Shown here one piece after another: positions 24,839 through 36,846 of a stretch of DNA of 64,000 nucleotides. The translations under genes and the position numbers were made by a program. Source of the stretch: Squalus acanthias (Eukaryota); NCBI GenBank assembly GCA_030390025.1, contig JASTWF010000327.1:248001-312000 (forward strand), given 5' to 3'. The notes below the pieces were generated by a model. It saw nothing but the letters and a program-made list of their open reading frames with translations. It had not been told where the DNA came from and did not search any database. Position 1 is the stretch's first letter; each line of letters opens with the position of its first letter.

Positions 24839-27800
24839 GTGGATGTAACTGGTAGAATTGATAAGGGAGAACCAGTGGATGTGGTGTATTTGGACTTTCA
24901 GAAGGCTTTCAACAAGGTCCCGCATAAGAGATTGGCATGCAAAGTTAAAGCACATGGGATTGGGGTTAAGGTACTGTCTTGGATAGAGAACTGGTTGGCA
25001 GACAGGAAGCAAAGAGTTGGAATAAACGGGTCTTTTTCCGAGTGGCAGGCGGTGACTAGTGGGGTACCGCAGGGATCGGTGCTAGGACCCCAGCTATTCA
25101 CAATATGTATTAAATGGCGTAAAAATAAAAAAGGGAAGGTGGCTCAACCATGGCTAACAAGGGAAATCAGGGATAGTATTAAAACCAAGGAAGTTGCATA
25201 CAAATTGGCCAGAAGTAGCAGCAAACCCGGGGACTGGGAGAACTTCAAAACTCAGCAGAGGAGGACGAAGGGTTTGATTAGGGCAGGGAAAATAAAATAT
25301 GAAAGGAAGCTTGCAGAGAACATTAAAATGGACTGCAAAAGCTTCTATAAATATGTAAAAAGAAAGAGGTTAGTAAAAACAAACGTAGGTCCCCTGCAGT
25401 CAGAAACAGGGGAAGTCGTAATGGGGAACAAGGAAATGGCAGATCAATTGAACAAGTACTTTGGTTCGGTGTTTACTGTGGAGGACACACACAACCTGCC
25501 GGAAATAAAAGGGGTCAGAGGATCTGGTAAGAGGGAGGAGCTGAGGGAAATCCTTATTAGTCGGGAAAAGGTATTGGGGAAATTGATGGGACTGAAGGCT
25601 GAAAAATCCCCGGGGCCTGATGGTCTGCATCCCAGAGTACTTAAGGAGGTGGCCTTGGAAATAGTGGATGCATTGACGATCATTTTCCAACATTCCTTAG
25701 ACTCTGGATCAGTTCCGATGGAGTGGAGGGTGGCCAATGTAACCCCTCTTTTTAAAAAAGGAGGGAGGGAGAAAGCAGGGAATTATAGACCGGTCAGCCT
25801 GACATCGGTCGTGGGTAAAATGATGGAAGCAATTATTAAAGATGTCATAACAGACCATTTGGAAAGTGGCGACATGATAGGTCCAAGTCAGCATGGATTT
25901 GTGAAAGGGAAATCATGCTTGACAAATCTTCTGGAATTTTTTGAGGATGTTTCCAATAGGGTGGACAGGGGGGAACCAGTAGATGTGGTGTATTTGGACT
26001 TTCAGAAGGCCTTCGACAAGGTCCCACACAAGAGATTGGTGAGCAAAGTTAAAGCACATGGGATTGGGGGTAATGTGTTGACGTGGATTGAGAACTGGTT
26101 GGCACACAGGAAACAAAGAGTAGGAGTAAATGGGTACTTTTCAGAATGGCAGGCAGTGACCAGCGGGGTACCGCAGGGTTCGGTGCTGGGACCCCAGCTG
26201 TTTACATTATATATTAATGATTTGGACGAAGGGATTAAATGTAATATCTCCAAATTTGCGGATGACACTAAATTGGGAGGCAGTGTGAACAATGAGGAGG
26301 ATGCTAGGAGGCTACAGAGTGACTTGGACAGGTTGGGTGAATGGGCAAATGTATGGCAGATGAAGTACAATGTGGATAAATGTGAGGTTATCCACTTTGG
26401 TGGTAAAAATAGAGAGGCGGACTATTACCTGAATGGTGGCAGATTAGGGAAAGGGGACGTGCAACGAGACCTGGGCGTCATGGTACATCAGTCACTGAAG
26501 GTGGGAATGCAAGTGCAGCAGGCAGTCAAGAAAGCAAACGGAATGATGGCCTTCATAGCAAGGGGATTTGAGTACAGGAGTAGGGAGGTGATGCTACAGT
26601 TGTACAGGGCCTTGGTGAGGCCACACCTGGAGTATTGTGCGCAGTTTTGGTCTCCTAACTTAAGGAAGGACATTCTTGCTATTGAGGGAGTGCAGCGAAG
26701 GTTCACTAGATTGATTCCTGGGATGGCCGGACTGACATATCAAGAAAGATTGGGTCAACTGAACTTGTATCCTCTGGAGTTCAGAAGAATGAGGGGGGAT
26801 CTTATAGAGACATTTAAAATCCTGACTGGTTTAGACAAATTAGATGCGGGCAGAATGTTCCCAATGGTAGGGAAAACTAGAACCAGGGGTCACAGTCTAA
26901 GGATTAAGGGGAAGCCATTTAGGACTGAGCTGAGGAGGAACTTCTTCACCCAGAGAGTGGTGAATCTATGGAATTCTCTTCCACAGAAGGTTGTTGAGGC
27001 CAGTTCGCTAAATATATTCAAAAGGGAGTTAGATATAACACTCACAACTAAGGGGATCAAGGGGTATGGCGAGAAAGCAGGAATGGGGTACTGAGGTAGC
27101 ATGTTCAGCCATGAACGCATTGAATGGCGGTGCAGGCTCGAAGGACCGAATGGTCTACTCCTGTACCTATTTTCTATGTTTCTAATCATTTAGACGAGGG
27201 AACTAGATGTAATATCTCCAAGTTTTCAGATGACACAAAGCTGGGTGGGCGAGTGTGCTGTGAGGAGGATGTAGAGAAAATCCAGTATGATTTGGACAGT
27301 TTGGGTGAGTGGGCAAATGCGTGGCAGATGCAGTATAATGTGGATAAATGTGAGGTTATCCACTTTGGTGGCAAAAACAGGAAGGCGGATTATTATCTGA
27401 ACGGCAATAGATTGAGAAAAGGGGAGGTGCACCAGTCGCTGAAGGTAAGCATGCAGGTGCAGCAGGCAGTTAAGAAGGCAAATGGTATGTCGGCCTTCAG
27501 AACAAGAGGATTCGAGTACAGGAACAAGGATGTCTTGCTACAGTTGTACAGGGCCTTGGTGAGACCACACCTTGAGTATTGTGTGCAGTTTTGGTCGCCT
27601 TATCTGAGGAAGGATGTTCTTGCCATGGAGGGAGTGCAGCGAAGATTCATCAGACTGATACCTGGGATGGCAGGGATGATGTATGAAGAGAGATTGGGTC
27701 GATTAGGCTTATATTCGCTGGAGTTTAGAAGAATGAGAGGGGATCTCATTGAAACTTATAAAATTCTAACAGGACTAGACAGACTAGATGCAGGAAGGAT

Positions 27801-28132
27801 GTTCCCGATGGCGGGTGAGTCCAGAACCAGGGGTCACAGTCTAAGGATAAGGGGTAAGCCATTTAGGACTGAGATGAGGAGGAATTTCTTCACCCAGAGA
27901 GTGGTGAACCTGTGGAATTCTCTACCCCAGAAGGCAGTTGTGGCCAATTCATTAAATATATTCAAGAAGGAGTTAGATATAGTTCTTAAGGCTAAAGGGA
28001 TCAATGGATATGGGGAGAAAGCAGGGACAGGGTACTAAATTTGGATGATCAGCCATGATCTCATTGAATGGCGGAGCAGGCTTGAAGGGCCGAATGGCCT
28101 ACTCCTGCTCCTATCTTCTATGTTTCTATGTT
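24839..28132 (+). mobile_element. CR1 3' fragment (host: 24839-25111 + 27184-28132)
   Basis: [10 protein letters not shown] joins NHLDEGTRCNISKFSDD across the nested element. Confidence 0.88.
25112..27183 (+). mobile_element. Nested 5'-truncated CR1 with uninterrupted RT reading frame
   Basis: Open frame to 27094 containing complete RT ([27 protein letters not shown]). Confidence 0.92.
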
Positions 28133-28304
28133 TCAATATCCTGTGTGTGGGACTCCAGTGAGATCACATGTGACTGCAGGGGTTTGGAATCTGTTATTAA
28201 TCACATCCAGGACTGAACCATGGCAGAATGCCCGTGCACTGTGGTTTATGTGTGAATTATTGATAAATATTTTCTCAATCGGATCACAGAAACTCATTCT
28301 CCAT

Positions 28305-28666
28305 TCACTAATTGGGACTTTCAATGGACGGGTTGCTCCCCAGCATGCCCCGCGGGGGAGAATGTGCCCTATTCACACTGGAGGAGCCCAGTGCGCAGGC
28401 GCTGAGCCCGCCTTTATTCGGAGTATGCGCAGTGTCACTGTGATCAGAGCGGGGCGAGTGCAGGGAACGGACAAAGGTCGGAGATGAGATTTTACGCCGA
28501 TTACGGATCGGCGGGGCGCAGAGAGGTAACGCACCCGGCGGGTGAGCTTCATAAACACCTGGTGTAGGCCGCAAGCCCCGAATGAGAACCTGCAGGTTCC
28601 CCGTTTGCAACTCCCGGGCTCTTTCCCGGGAACAGGATCGGGTTAACTGCGGCCATCTTTGTAAAG
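28305..28666 (+). promoter_or_regulatory. CpG-rich promoter/first-exon module P2 (NRF1-like, YY1-like)
   Basis: tgcgcaggcgc, atgcgcag, gcggccatcttt; possible donor gag|gtaacg ~28525; homolog 48605-48950. Confidence 0.55.
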
Positions 28667-28684
28667 GGAAGCTGAGAGTTTGTG

Positions 28685-28813
28685 ATGAAAGGTCATCGAC
28701 CTGAAACGTTAACTCTCTTTCTCTCTCCACGGATGCTGCCTGGCCTGCTGAGTTTTTCCAGCGTTTTCTGTTGTTATTTCGGATTTCCAGCATCCGCAGT
28801 ATTTTGCTATCGT
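28685..28813 (+). mobile_element. Short Penelope-derived repeat with 12-bp TSD; other copies 37059-37160, 48133-48258, 52532-52630(-)
   Basis: tgagagtttgtg flanks both sides; core aggtcatcgacctgaaacgttaactct. Confidence 0.7.
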
Positions 28814-28880
28814 GAGAGTTTGTGCGCCGCACTCTTGCTTCATCAAAAGGTAGAGAGGATGCGCAACCATCTTTGTAAAG

Positions 28881-29912
28881 ATGATGCGGAGATGCCGGTG
28901 TTGGACTGGGGTGGACAAATGTGATAAGTCGCACAACACCAGGTTATAGTCCAACAGCTTTATTTGAAATCACAAGCTTTCGGAGCGCTGCTCCTTCGTC
29001 AGGTGAAGTGAAGAGATGCATATAGGCACAGCATATATAGTCAAAGAACACTGCCAGATGATTACAGTTAATCTTTCTAACTGCCCTTTATCACACCTTG
29101 GCAGAGAGATAATCACGGCAATCAAAGGTGTGGATGGTGTCCAAACAGGTCAGTCAGGAAAACATTACATCAAAGACAATGAGGTGGGGTCACAAGGGGT
29201 CAAATGTGGCAGATGCTGGGGTCTGTATGGAAAACAAAAAACTTTTTTTGCTGGAAATCACAGCAGGTCCGGCCGCATCTGTGTAGAGAGAACAAGCCAA
29301 CGACGACTCGAGTCTGGATGACTCTACGTCAGGTGGGGTTACATGTAGCGTGACATAAACCCAAGATCCCGGTTGAGGCCGTCCTCATGGGTGCGGAACT
29401 TGGCTATCAGTTTCTGCTCGACGATTTTGCGTTGTCGTGTGTCTCGAAGGCCGCCTTGGAGAACGCTTACCCGAAGATCGGAGGCTGAATGTCCTTGACT
29501 GCTGAAGTGTTCCCCGACTGGGAGGGAACACTCCTGCCTGGCGATTGTTGCGCGGTATCCGTTCATACGTTGTCGCAGTGTCTGCATGGTCTCGCCGATG
29601 TACCATGCTCCGGGGCATCCTTTCCTGCAACGTATGAGGTAGACAACGTTGGCCGAGTCACAAGAGTATGTACCATGTACCTGGTGGGTGGTGTCCTCAC
29701 GTGTGATGATGGTATCTGTGTTGATGATCTGGCATGTCTTGCAGAGGTTGCCATGGCAGGGTTGTGTGGTGTCGTGGTCGCTGTTCTCCTGAAAGCTGGG
29801 TAATTTGCTGTGAACGATGGTCTGTTTGAGGTTAGGTGGCTGTTTGAAGGCGAGTAGTGGAAGCGTGGGGATGGCCTTAGCGAGGTGTTCGTCGTCATCG
29901 ATGACATGTTGA
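28881..29912 (-). mobile_element. Penelope-like element, 5'-truncated (GIY-YIG endonuclease + pseudo-LTR)
   Basis: Minus frame reads NVVYLIRCRKGCPGAWYIGETMQTLRQRMNG...GLNRDLGF to stop 29339. Confidence 0.88.
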
Positions 29913-29916
29913 ATGC

Positions 29917-30018
29917 TGTCCCACGGTTGGAATCCCCATGTACAGTCCCAGGGTTGGAATCCCCATGTACAGTCCCAGGGTTAGAATCCCCATGTACAGT
30001 CCAAGGGTTGGAATCCCT
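29917..30018. repeat. 27-bp tandem repeat, ~4 copies
   Basis: gtacagtcccagggttggaatccccat. Confidence 0.85.
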
Positions 30019-31188
30019 CAGCAACACCGAGTGTGGGTCTCAGGCCCCGAGTCAGAGCCGGCGGACGTGCGGCCAGGGCCCCGGCACCATTAACCCCAGG
30101 GTGCAGCACCTCCCCCAGACAAGAAACACAACAACTTGCATTTATACAGCAGAGGGAGCAATTCAGAGCCGGTTAGCATCAGGGTGGGCGGTGGATGTGG
30201 AACTCGCTCCCTGGCCTCCTGTGTAGGGCTTTCTTGTTGCATCAGTTTGAGCTGGAGTGGAGAGGGGGGAGAAGCTGCTGGGTTTAACCCCCAGTACTTC
30301 TGAGCCCAGTGGGACCCAACAATTTCCAATGTGGTACTGTGAAGGGAGGTGGATTCCAAGGGAGATTAAGTTGCTAAACAGACACTGTCCGTACAGTGTA
30401 AAAGATTATCGTTTTAGGAACAAGTATTTCTGTGGAGGCTTTCAATCCATTTTATAAATACAGATTTTTAAAATTCATTTGATGTGGGTGTCACTAGCAA
30501 GGCCAGCATATATTGCCAGTCCCCAGCTTCCCATTGAGAAGGTGATGCTGGGCCTTCTTCTTGAACCTCTGCAGTCCGTGTGGTGAAGGTACTCTCAGAA
30601 TGCTGTTAGGTGAGGAGTTCCAGGATTTTCACCCAGCGACGATGTAGGAACGGTGATATATGCCCAAGTCAGGATACTGTGTGACTTGGAGGGGAACTGG
30701 GAGGTGATGGTGTTCCCATGCACCTGTTGCCCTTGTCCTTCTAGGTGGTGGAGGTCGCGTGTTTGGGAGGTTCTGTCAAAGTTCTAGTCGAGTTGCAGAT
30801 GTATAAAGTCGCTCTCCTTCACCCCTCCCCCTCCCCCTCCCACCTCGCTCTCCCTCCTCCCATAGAGGCCAGAGTCTTGTGTAGGCCCAGACCGGGTGGC
30901 GGGTTCCCTTCCCTGAAGGACATTAGTGAACCAGTTGGGTTTTTACGACAATCTGGCAGCTTTCATGGTCACTTTTTTCTCGTGCCGGCCCCACAAATTC
31001 CCAGATTAATTCAGCTCAATTTCACAACCTGCCTTTGTGTTTTTGTGAGTTCTCTCTCACCCTCCCTTTTTCCTGTTTTAAATTCATTTTACAAGGTATT
31101 AGAAGGGGAGGATTTGCAGACGGGAAACTCAAACCAAACATCACTTCAAGATCTGTCAGAGTCACTCGATTCATCAGGACCTTTGAAC

Positions 31189-32226
31189 ATGGAAGCAGAA
31201 AGCACCGTTCAGAGTGGAGAGAAACCGTACACGTGTTCTGTGTGTGGACGAGGCTTCAGCCGATCCTCTGACTTGTCGAGACACAAGCGCAGTCACACTG
31301 GGGAGAAACCGTGTAAATGTGGGGACTGTGGGAAGCGATTCCACTACCCGTGTGAGCTGGAAATTCATCGACGAGTTCACACCGGGGAGAGGCCGTTCAC
31401 CTGCACTGTGTGTGGGAAGGGATTCACTCAGTCATGCAATCTGCTGCAGCACTGGCGAGTTCACACTGACGAGAGACCTGTTGAATGTCAGGACTGCGGG
31501 AAGTGCTATAAAAGTTCCGGGGAACTGACACACCATCAATGTGTTCACACTGACGAGAGACCGTTCAGGTGCTCTCACTGCGGGACTGGGTTCGGGCGAT
31601 CATCTGACCTCACTGTACACCAGCGCACACACACCGGGGAGAGGCCGTTCATCTGCTCTGAGTGTGGGAAGGGATTCAGTCAGTCATCCCACCTGCTAAT
31701 GCACCAGCGAGTTCACACTGGGGAGAGACCATTCACCTGCTCAGAATGTGGGAAGGGATTTACTCGTTCATCCCACCTGCTGACACACCAGCGAGTTCAC
31801 ACTGGGGAGAGGCCGTTCACATGCTCCGTGTGTGGGAAGGGATTCACTGATTCATCCAACCTGCTGAAACACCAGCGAGTTCACACTGGGGAGAGGCCAT
31901 TCACCTGCTCCGAGTGTGGGAAGGGATTCACTGATTCATCCAACCTGCTGCTACACCAGAGAGTTCACACTGGGGAGAGGCCGTTCACCTGTTCCGTGTG
32001 TGGGAAGGAATTCACTCAGTCATCCCACCTGCTGAAACACCAGCGAGTTCACACTGGGGAGAGGCCGTTCACCTGCACCGTGTGTGGGAAGGGATTCACT
32101 CAGTCATCCAGCCTGCTGACACACCAGCGAATTCACACCGGGGAGAGGCCGTTCACCTGCTCCAAGTGTGGGAAGGGATTCACTCAGTCATCCCACCTGC
32201 TGAAACACCAGCGAGTTCACAAGTGA
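31189..32226 (+). CDS. C2H2 zinc-finger protein, 12 fingers (345 aa from ATG 31189)
   Basis: Uninterrupted CxxC..HxxxH fingers with TGERPF linkers; exon begins ~31096; AATAAA ~32373. Confidence 0.88.
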   Translation: MEAESTVQSGEKPYTCSVCGRGFSRSSDLSRHKRSHTGEKPCKCGDCGKRFHYPCELEIHRRVHTGERPFTCTVCGKGFTQSCNLLQHWRVHTDERPVECQDCGKCYKSSGELTHHQCVHTDERPFRCSHCGTGFGRSSDLTVHQRTHTGERPFICSECGKGFSQSSHLLMHQRVHTGERPFTCSECGKGFTRSSHLLTHQRVHTGERPFTCSVCGKGFTDSSNLLKHQRVHTGERPFTCSECGKGFTDSSNLLLHQRVHTGERPFTCSVCGKEFTQSSHLLKHQRVHTGERPFTCTVCGKGFTQSSSLLTHQRIHTGERPFTCSKCGKGFTQSSHLLKHQRVHK

Positions 32227-33293
32227 CTGCAGGGGTTGGATTCTGATGTTTCTGCTGCTGTTAATCACATCCCGGACTGAATCGTGTTCATTCTGACAGT
32301 TGGGGTTTGTTTCTGCTGATGTTAATAACCCCTGTAACTGGGCTGGAGTTTAATATTTCTGGATATATGTCAAATAAATCAGTTGGCTTTAAACACATTG
32401 TTGTGGATTTTTGTCGTTCCCACCTGAGTGTTTAGCATCACCTGGCTGGAGCTCAGAAAGGACAATCTGGGGGGAGGATCGTACGGCGGGAACAGAACTA
32501 CAGCCTGGACACAGTCCTTCAGGGCCACACTGAGAGGGGCAAACGGCACTTTGGTCTTTCTCGTCTCTCTTCACTGACAGCAATGTCCCCGTGCAGGTTA
32601 ATCTTGAGGCCTGTAAGGAATGTGTCCCAGCCGCTCTCTCCCATGGGCACGGAACAGAAGGCTCCTTTACAACTGTGTTTAGAGTCAGGAAGAACAACGG
32701 TGAATGCTGGAAACGTGCTGTCAAATCAGAGATTGGTATCAAACTGCGATCTGTTCCTGACTGAAAGTGAAACGGCAGGGCTAAGTTTCCAGTCTAAAAA
32801 TGACTGGTAATTAATGTGTGTGTGTGAGACAGTCCTGAGTCTACCATTTTAAGGCAGGTGTTAGCTCATTTAAAATAAACCCATTTAAAATAAATTGATT
32901 AAAGTCTGCATTAAAATATCAGAGGGAGGCGTTCACAGGAGCCTGTTAACTGCTGGTACAATACAAGGGAGTCAAACTCATTTTCCAAGGTGGGCCTGAC
33001 CCGATATCCTGGCACTTGGTGAGGGCCACAGTCAGCAAGAGTTATTAAACTAGAAATAGATGAAGATAATCTATATCGGTATTTCCTTCCATTTGGATTT
33101 GATTTCCAGCTACTGCTGCTCCCGATCCCTGGCACCTCTGAGCTTGAACCATTGCAGCAACATTTGGAGCAAGTGACTGGGCTGAGGCCTGTCTGGGATA
33201 AAAACACGAGGACCACTTGTCACCACAGAACTTTGACCCCCAACCTCTGACCCTGGAAGTGAATTCCACAGCCTCACAACTCTCTGTGTAAAG

Positions 33294-34110
33294 AATCATC
33301 GAATCAGAGAAATTTACAGCACAGAAGGAGGCCGATCGGCCCATCGTGTCCGTGCTGGCTGACAAAGAGCGATCCGGCCTAATCCCACTTTCCAGCACTT
33401 GGTCCGCAGCCTTCAAGTGTATATCCAAGTACTTTATAACTGTGATGAGGGTCTCTGCCTCTACCACCCTTTCAGAGCAGGGAGGTTATGCTTGAATTGT
33501 ATAAAACACTAGTTAGGCCACAGCTAGAGTACTGCGTGCAGTTCTGGTCACCACATTACAGGAAGGATGTGATTGCACTGGAGAGGGTACAGAGGAGATT
33601 TACGAGGATGTTGCCTGGACTGGGGAATTTTAGCTATGAGGAAAGATTGGATAGGCTGGTGTTGTTTTCTTTGTAACAGAGGAGGCTGAGGGGAGACCTT
33701 ATTGAGGTGTATAAAATTATGAGGGCCCTAGATAGAGTGGATAGGAAGGACTTATTTCCCTTAGCAGAGGGGTCAATAACCAGGGGGCACAGATTTAAAG
33801 TAATTGGTGGAAGATTTAGAGGAGATTTGAGGGGAAATTTCTTCACCCACAGGGTGGTGAGGGTTTGGAACTCACTGTCTGAAAGGGTGGTAGAGGCAGA
33901 AACTCTCACCACATTTAAAAAGTACTTGGATGTACACTTGAAGAGCCGTAACCTACAGGGCTACGGACCAAGAGCTGGGAAGTGGGATTAGGCCGGAGAG
34001 CCATAACCCACAGGGCTACGGACCAAGAGCTGGGAAGTGGGACTAGGCCGGATGGCTCTTTGTCGGCCGGTGCGGACACGATGGGCCGAAATGGCCTCCT
34101 TCCGTGCCGT
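33294..34110. mobile_element. Back-to-back CR1 3' fragments (minus ~33294-33475, plus ~33476-34110)
   Basis: ORFs 33488 and 33707 (+) and MVEAETLITVIKYLDIHLK (-). Confidence 0.8.
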
Positions 34111-34255
34111 GAATGTCTCTGATTCTATGATCAGGAGCAGGAGTCGGCCATACGGCCCCTCGAGCCTGCCCCATCACCTACTGACACACTAGCATGTTCG
34201 TAATGGGGAGAATCCGTTCACTGCTCTGTATGTGGAAAGGGATTCAATCGATCAG

Positions 34256-35811
34256 AGGCTGAGACAGGAGGAATTATTCTGGGGAATAAGGAAATGGCAG
34301 AAACGTTAAACAAATATTGTATATCTGTCTTCACAGTAGAAGACACAAAAAGCAGACCAAAAATGGTGGGGAACCAAGGGTCTAATGAGGGTGGGGAACT
34401 TTACCTAATTAACATCAGTTGAGAAAAAGTACTAGAGAAACTAATGGGACTAAAAGCTGACAAATCCCCTGGACCTGACGGCCTACATCTGAGGGTTCTA
34501 AAAGAGGTGGCTGCAGAGATAGTGGATGCATTGGTTGTGATCTTCCAAAATTCCCCAGATTCTAGAATGGTCCCAGCGGATTGGAAGGTCGCAAATGTAA
34601 CACCGCTATTCAAGAAAGGAGGGAGAGAGAAAACAGGGAACTACAGACCAGTTAACCTGACATCAGTCGTCGGGAAAATGCTGGAATCCACTGTTAAGGA
34701 AGTGGTATCAGGACACTGAGCAAATAATAACATCATTAGGCAGAGTCAACATGGTTTTATAAGGTCAATCGTGTTTAACAAATTTATTAGAGTTTTTTGA
34801 GGATGTTACTAGCAGGGTAGATAAAGGGGAGCCAGTGGATGTAGTATATTTGGATTTCAAAAAGACATTCGATAAGGTGCCACATAAAAGGTTATTACAC
34901 AAGATTAGGGCTCATGGGGTTGGGGGTAATATAGCAGCATGGATAGAGGATTGGTTAACGGACAGAAAACAGAGAGTAGGAATAAACGGATCTTTTTCAG
35001 GTTGGCAGGCTGTAACTAGTGGGATGCCGCAAGGATCAGTGTTGGGGCCTCAGCTATTTACAATCTATATTAATGAGCTAGATGAAGGGACCGAGTGTAA
35101 TGTATCCAAGTTTGCTGATGATACAAAGCTAGTTGGGACAGTAAGCTGTGAGGAGAACACAAAGAGTCTGCAAAGGGATATAGATAGACTAAGTGAGTGG
35201 GCAGTAAGGTGGCAGATGGAGTATAATGTAGGGAAATGTGAGGTTATTCACTTTGGTAGGAAGAATAGAAAAACAGAATATTTTTTAAATGGTGAGAAAC
35301 TTTCAAATGTTGGTGTTCAGAGAGATTTGGGTGTCCTCGTGCAAGAAACACAGAAAGCTAGCATGCATGTACAGCAAGCAATAAGGAAGGCAAATGGCAT
35401 GTTGGCCTTTATTGCAAGGGGTTGGAGTATAAGAGTAAGGAAGTCTTGCTACAATTGTACAAGGCCTTGGTGAGACCACACCTGGAGTACTGTGCACAGT
35501 TTTGGTCTCCTTATCTAAGGAAGGATATACATGCCTTGGAGGCGGTGCAACGAAGGTTCACGAGATTGATTCCTGGGATGAGAGGGCTGTCCTATGATGA
35601 GAGATTGTGTAGAATGGGCCTATACTCTCTGGAGTTTAGAAGAATGAGAGGTGATCTCATTGAAACATACAAGATTCTGAAGGGGATTGGCAGGGTAGAT
35701 GCTGAGAGGTTGTTTCCCCTGGCTGGAGTGTCGAGAACTAGGGGGCATAGTCTCAGGATAAGGGGTCGGCCATTTAAGACTGAGATGAGGAGGAATTTCC
35801 TCACTCAGAGG
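34256..35811 (+). mobile_element. CR1 ORF2 RT fragment with stops/frameshifts
   Basis: ORFs 34444, 34835, 35422. Confidence 0.9.
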
Positions 35812-36302
35812 GTCCCTATTTTGGACTCATCTGGAGATTTTGATCTTGTGCCCCACATACCCAAGCCCAGATCATTTCTCGATATTGAGAAGAGCAGTGG
35901 TCCCAACACTGACCCTGGGGGACACCACTGTGTACATCCCTCCAGTCTGAAGAACATCCATTAACCACTACTCTCTGTTTTCTGCCCTTTACCCAACTTT
36001 CTATCCACGCTGCCCCACTCCCTGTAATACCGTGAGCCTTAATTTGATCAACAAGCCTCCTGTCCGGCACCTTATCAAACACCTTTTGACAATCCATCTC
36101 CACAACATCCACTGCATTTCCTTTCTCACTACACTGTGTTATTTCCTGAAATAATCCCTGCTGTCTGTCCTGAGTGAATCCATTTCACTGCCAAATGTTG
36201 CAATGTTTGCTCCACCTCACAGGGTTCCATCTGTGGTGTGGAGCAAACAACAGAAAGTCCACAAAGCGGCCCCGCGGCAAACTCCGGGACAGGGAGGAAG
36301 TG

Positions 36303-36846
36303 AGTCAGGGAGCGTCTGTAAATGGAGACTGGTCAGGGAGCGTCTGTAAATGGAGGAGAAATGGAGACTGGTCAGGGAGCGTCTGTAAATGGAGGAGAAA
36401 TGGAGAATGGTCAGGGAGCGTCTGCAAATGAGGAGAAAAATGGTGAACGGTCAGGGAGCGTCTGTAAATGGAGGAGAAATGGTGCTTGGTCAGGGAGCGT
36501 CTGTAAATGGAGGAAAAATGGAAACTGGTCAGGGAGCGTCTGCAAATGAAGGAGAAAAAATGGTGACCGGTCAGGGAGCGTCTGTAAATGGAGGAGAAAT
36601 GTAAGTGGTCAGGGAGTGTCTGTAAATGGAGGAGAAATGGTGCTTGGTCAGGGAGCATCTGTAAATGGAGGAAAAATGGTGACTGGTCAGGGAGCGTCTG
36701 CAAAAAAAGGAGAATTGGTGAGTGGTCAGTGAGCGTCTGTAAATGGAGGAAAAATGGAGAATGGTCAGGGAGCGTCTGTAAATGAAGGAGTAATGCTGAC
36801 TGGTTAGGGAGCGTCTGTAAATGAAGGAGAAATGGTGACTGGTCAG
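36303..36846 (+). repeat. 39-bp minisatellite (~14 units)
   Basis: Same unit and same leader (35810-36302 is near-identical to 10480-10973). Confidence 0.93.

Noticed and set aside
30745..31188. N-terminal extension of the 493-aa ORF
   Set aside because: Starts at GTG in an intronic LINE remnant and crosses the polypyrimidine tract/acceptor; not open in paralogs
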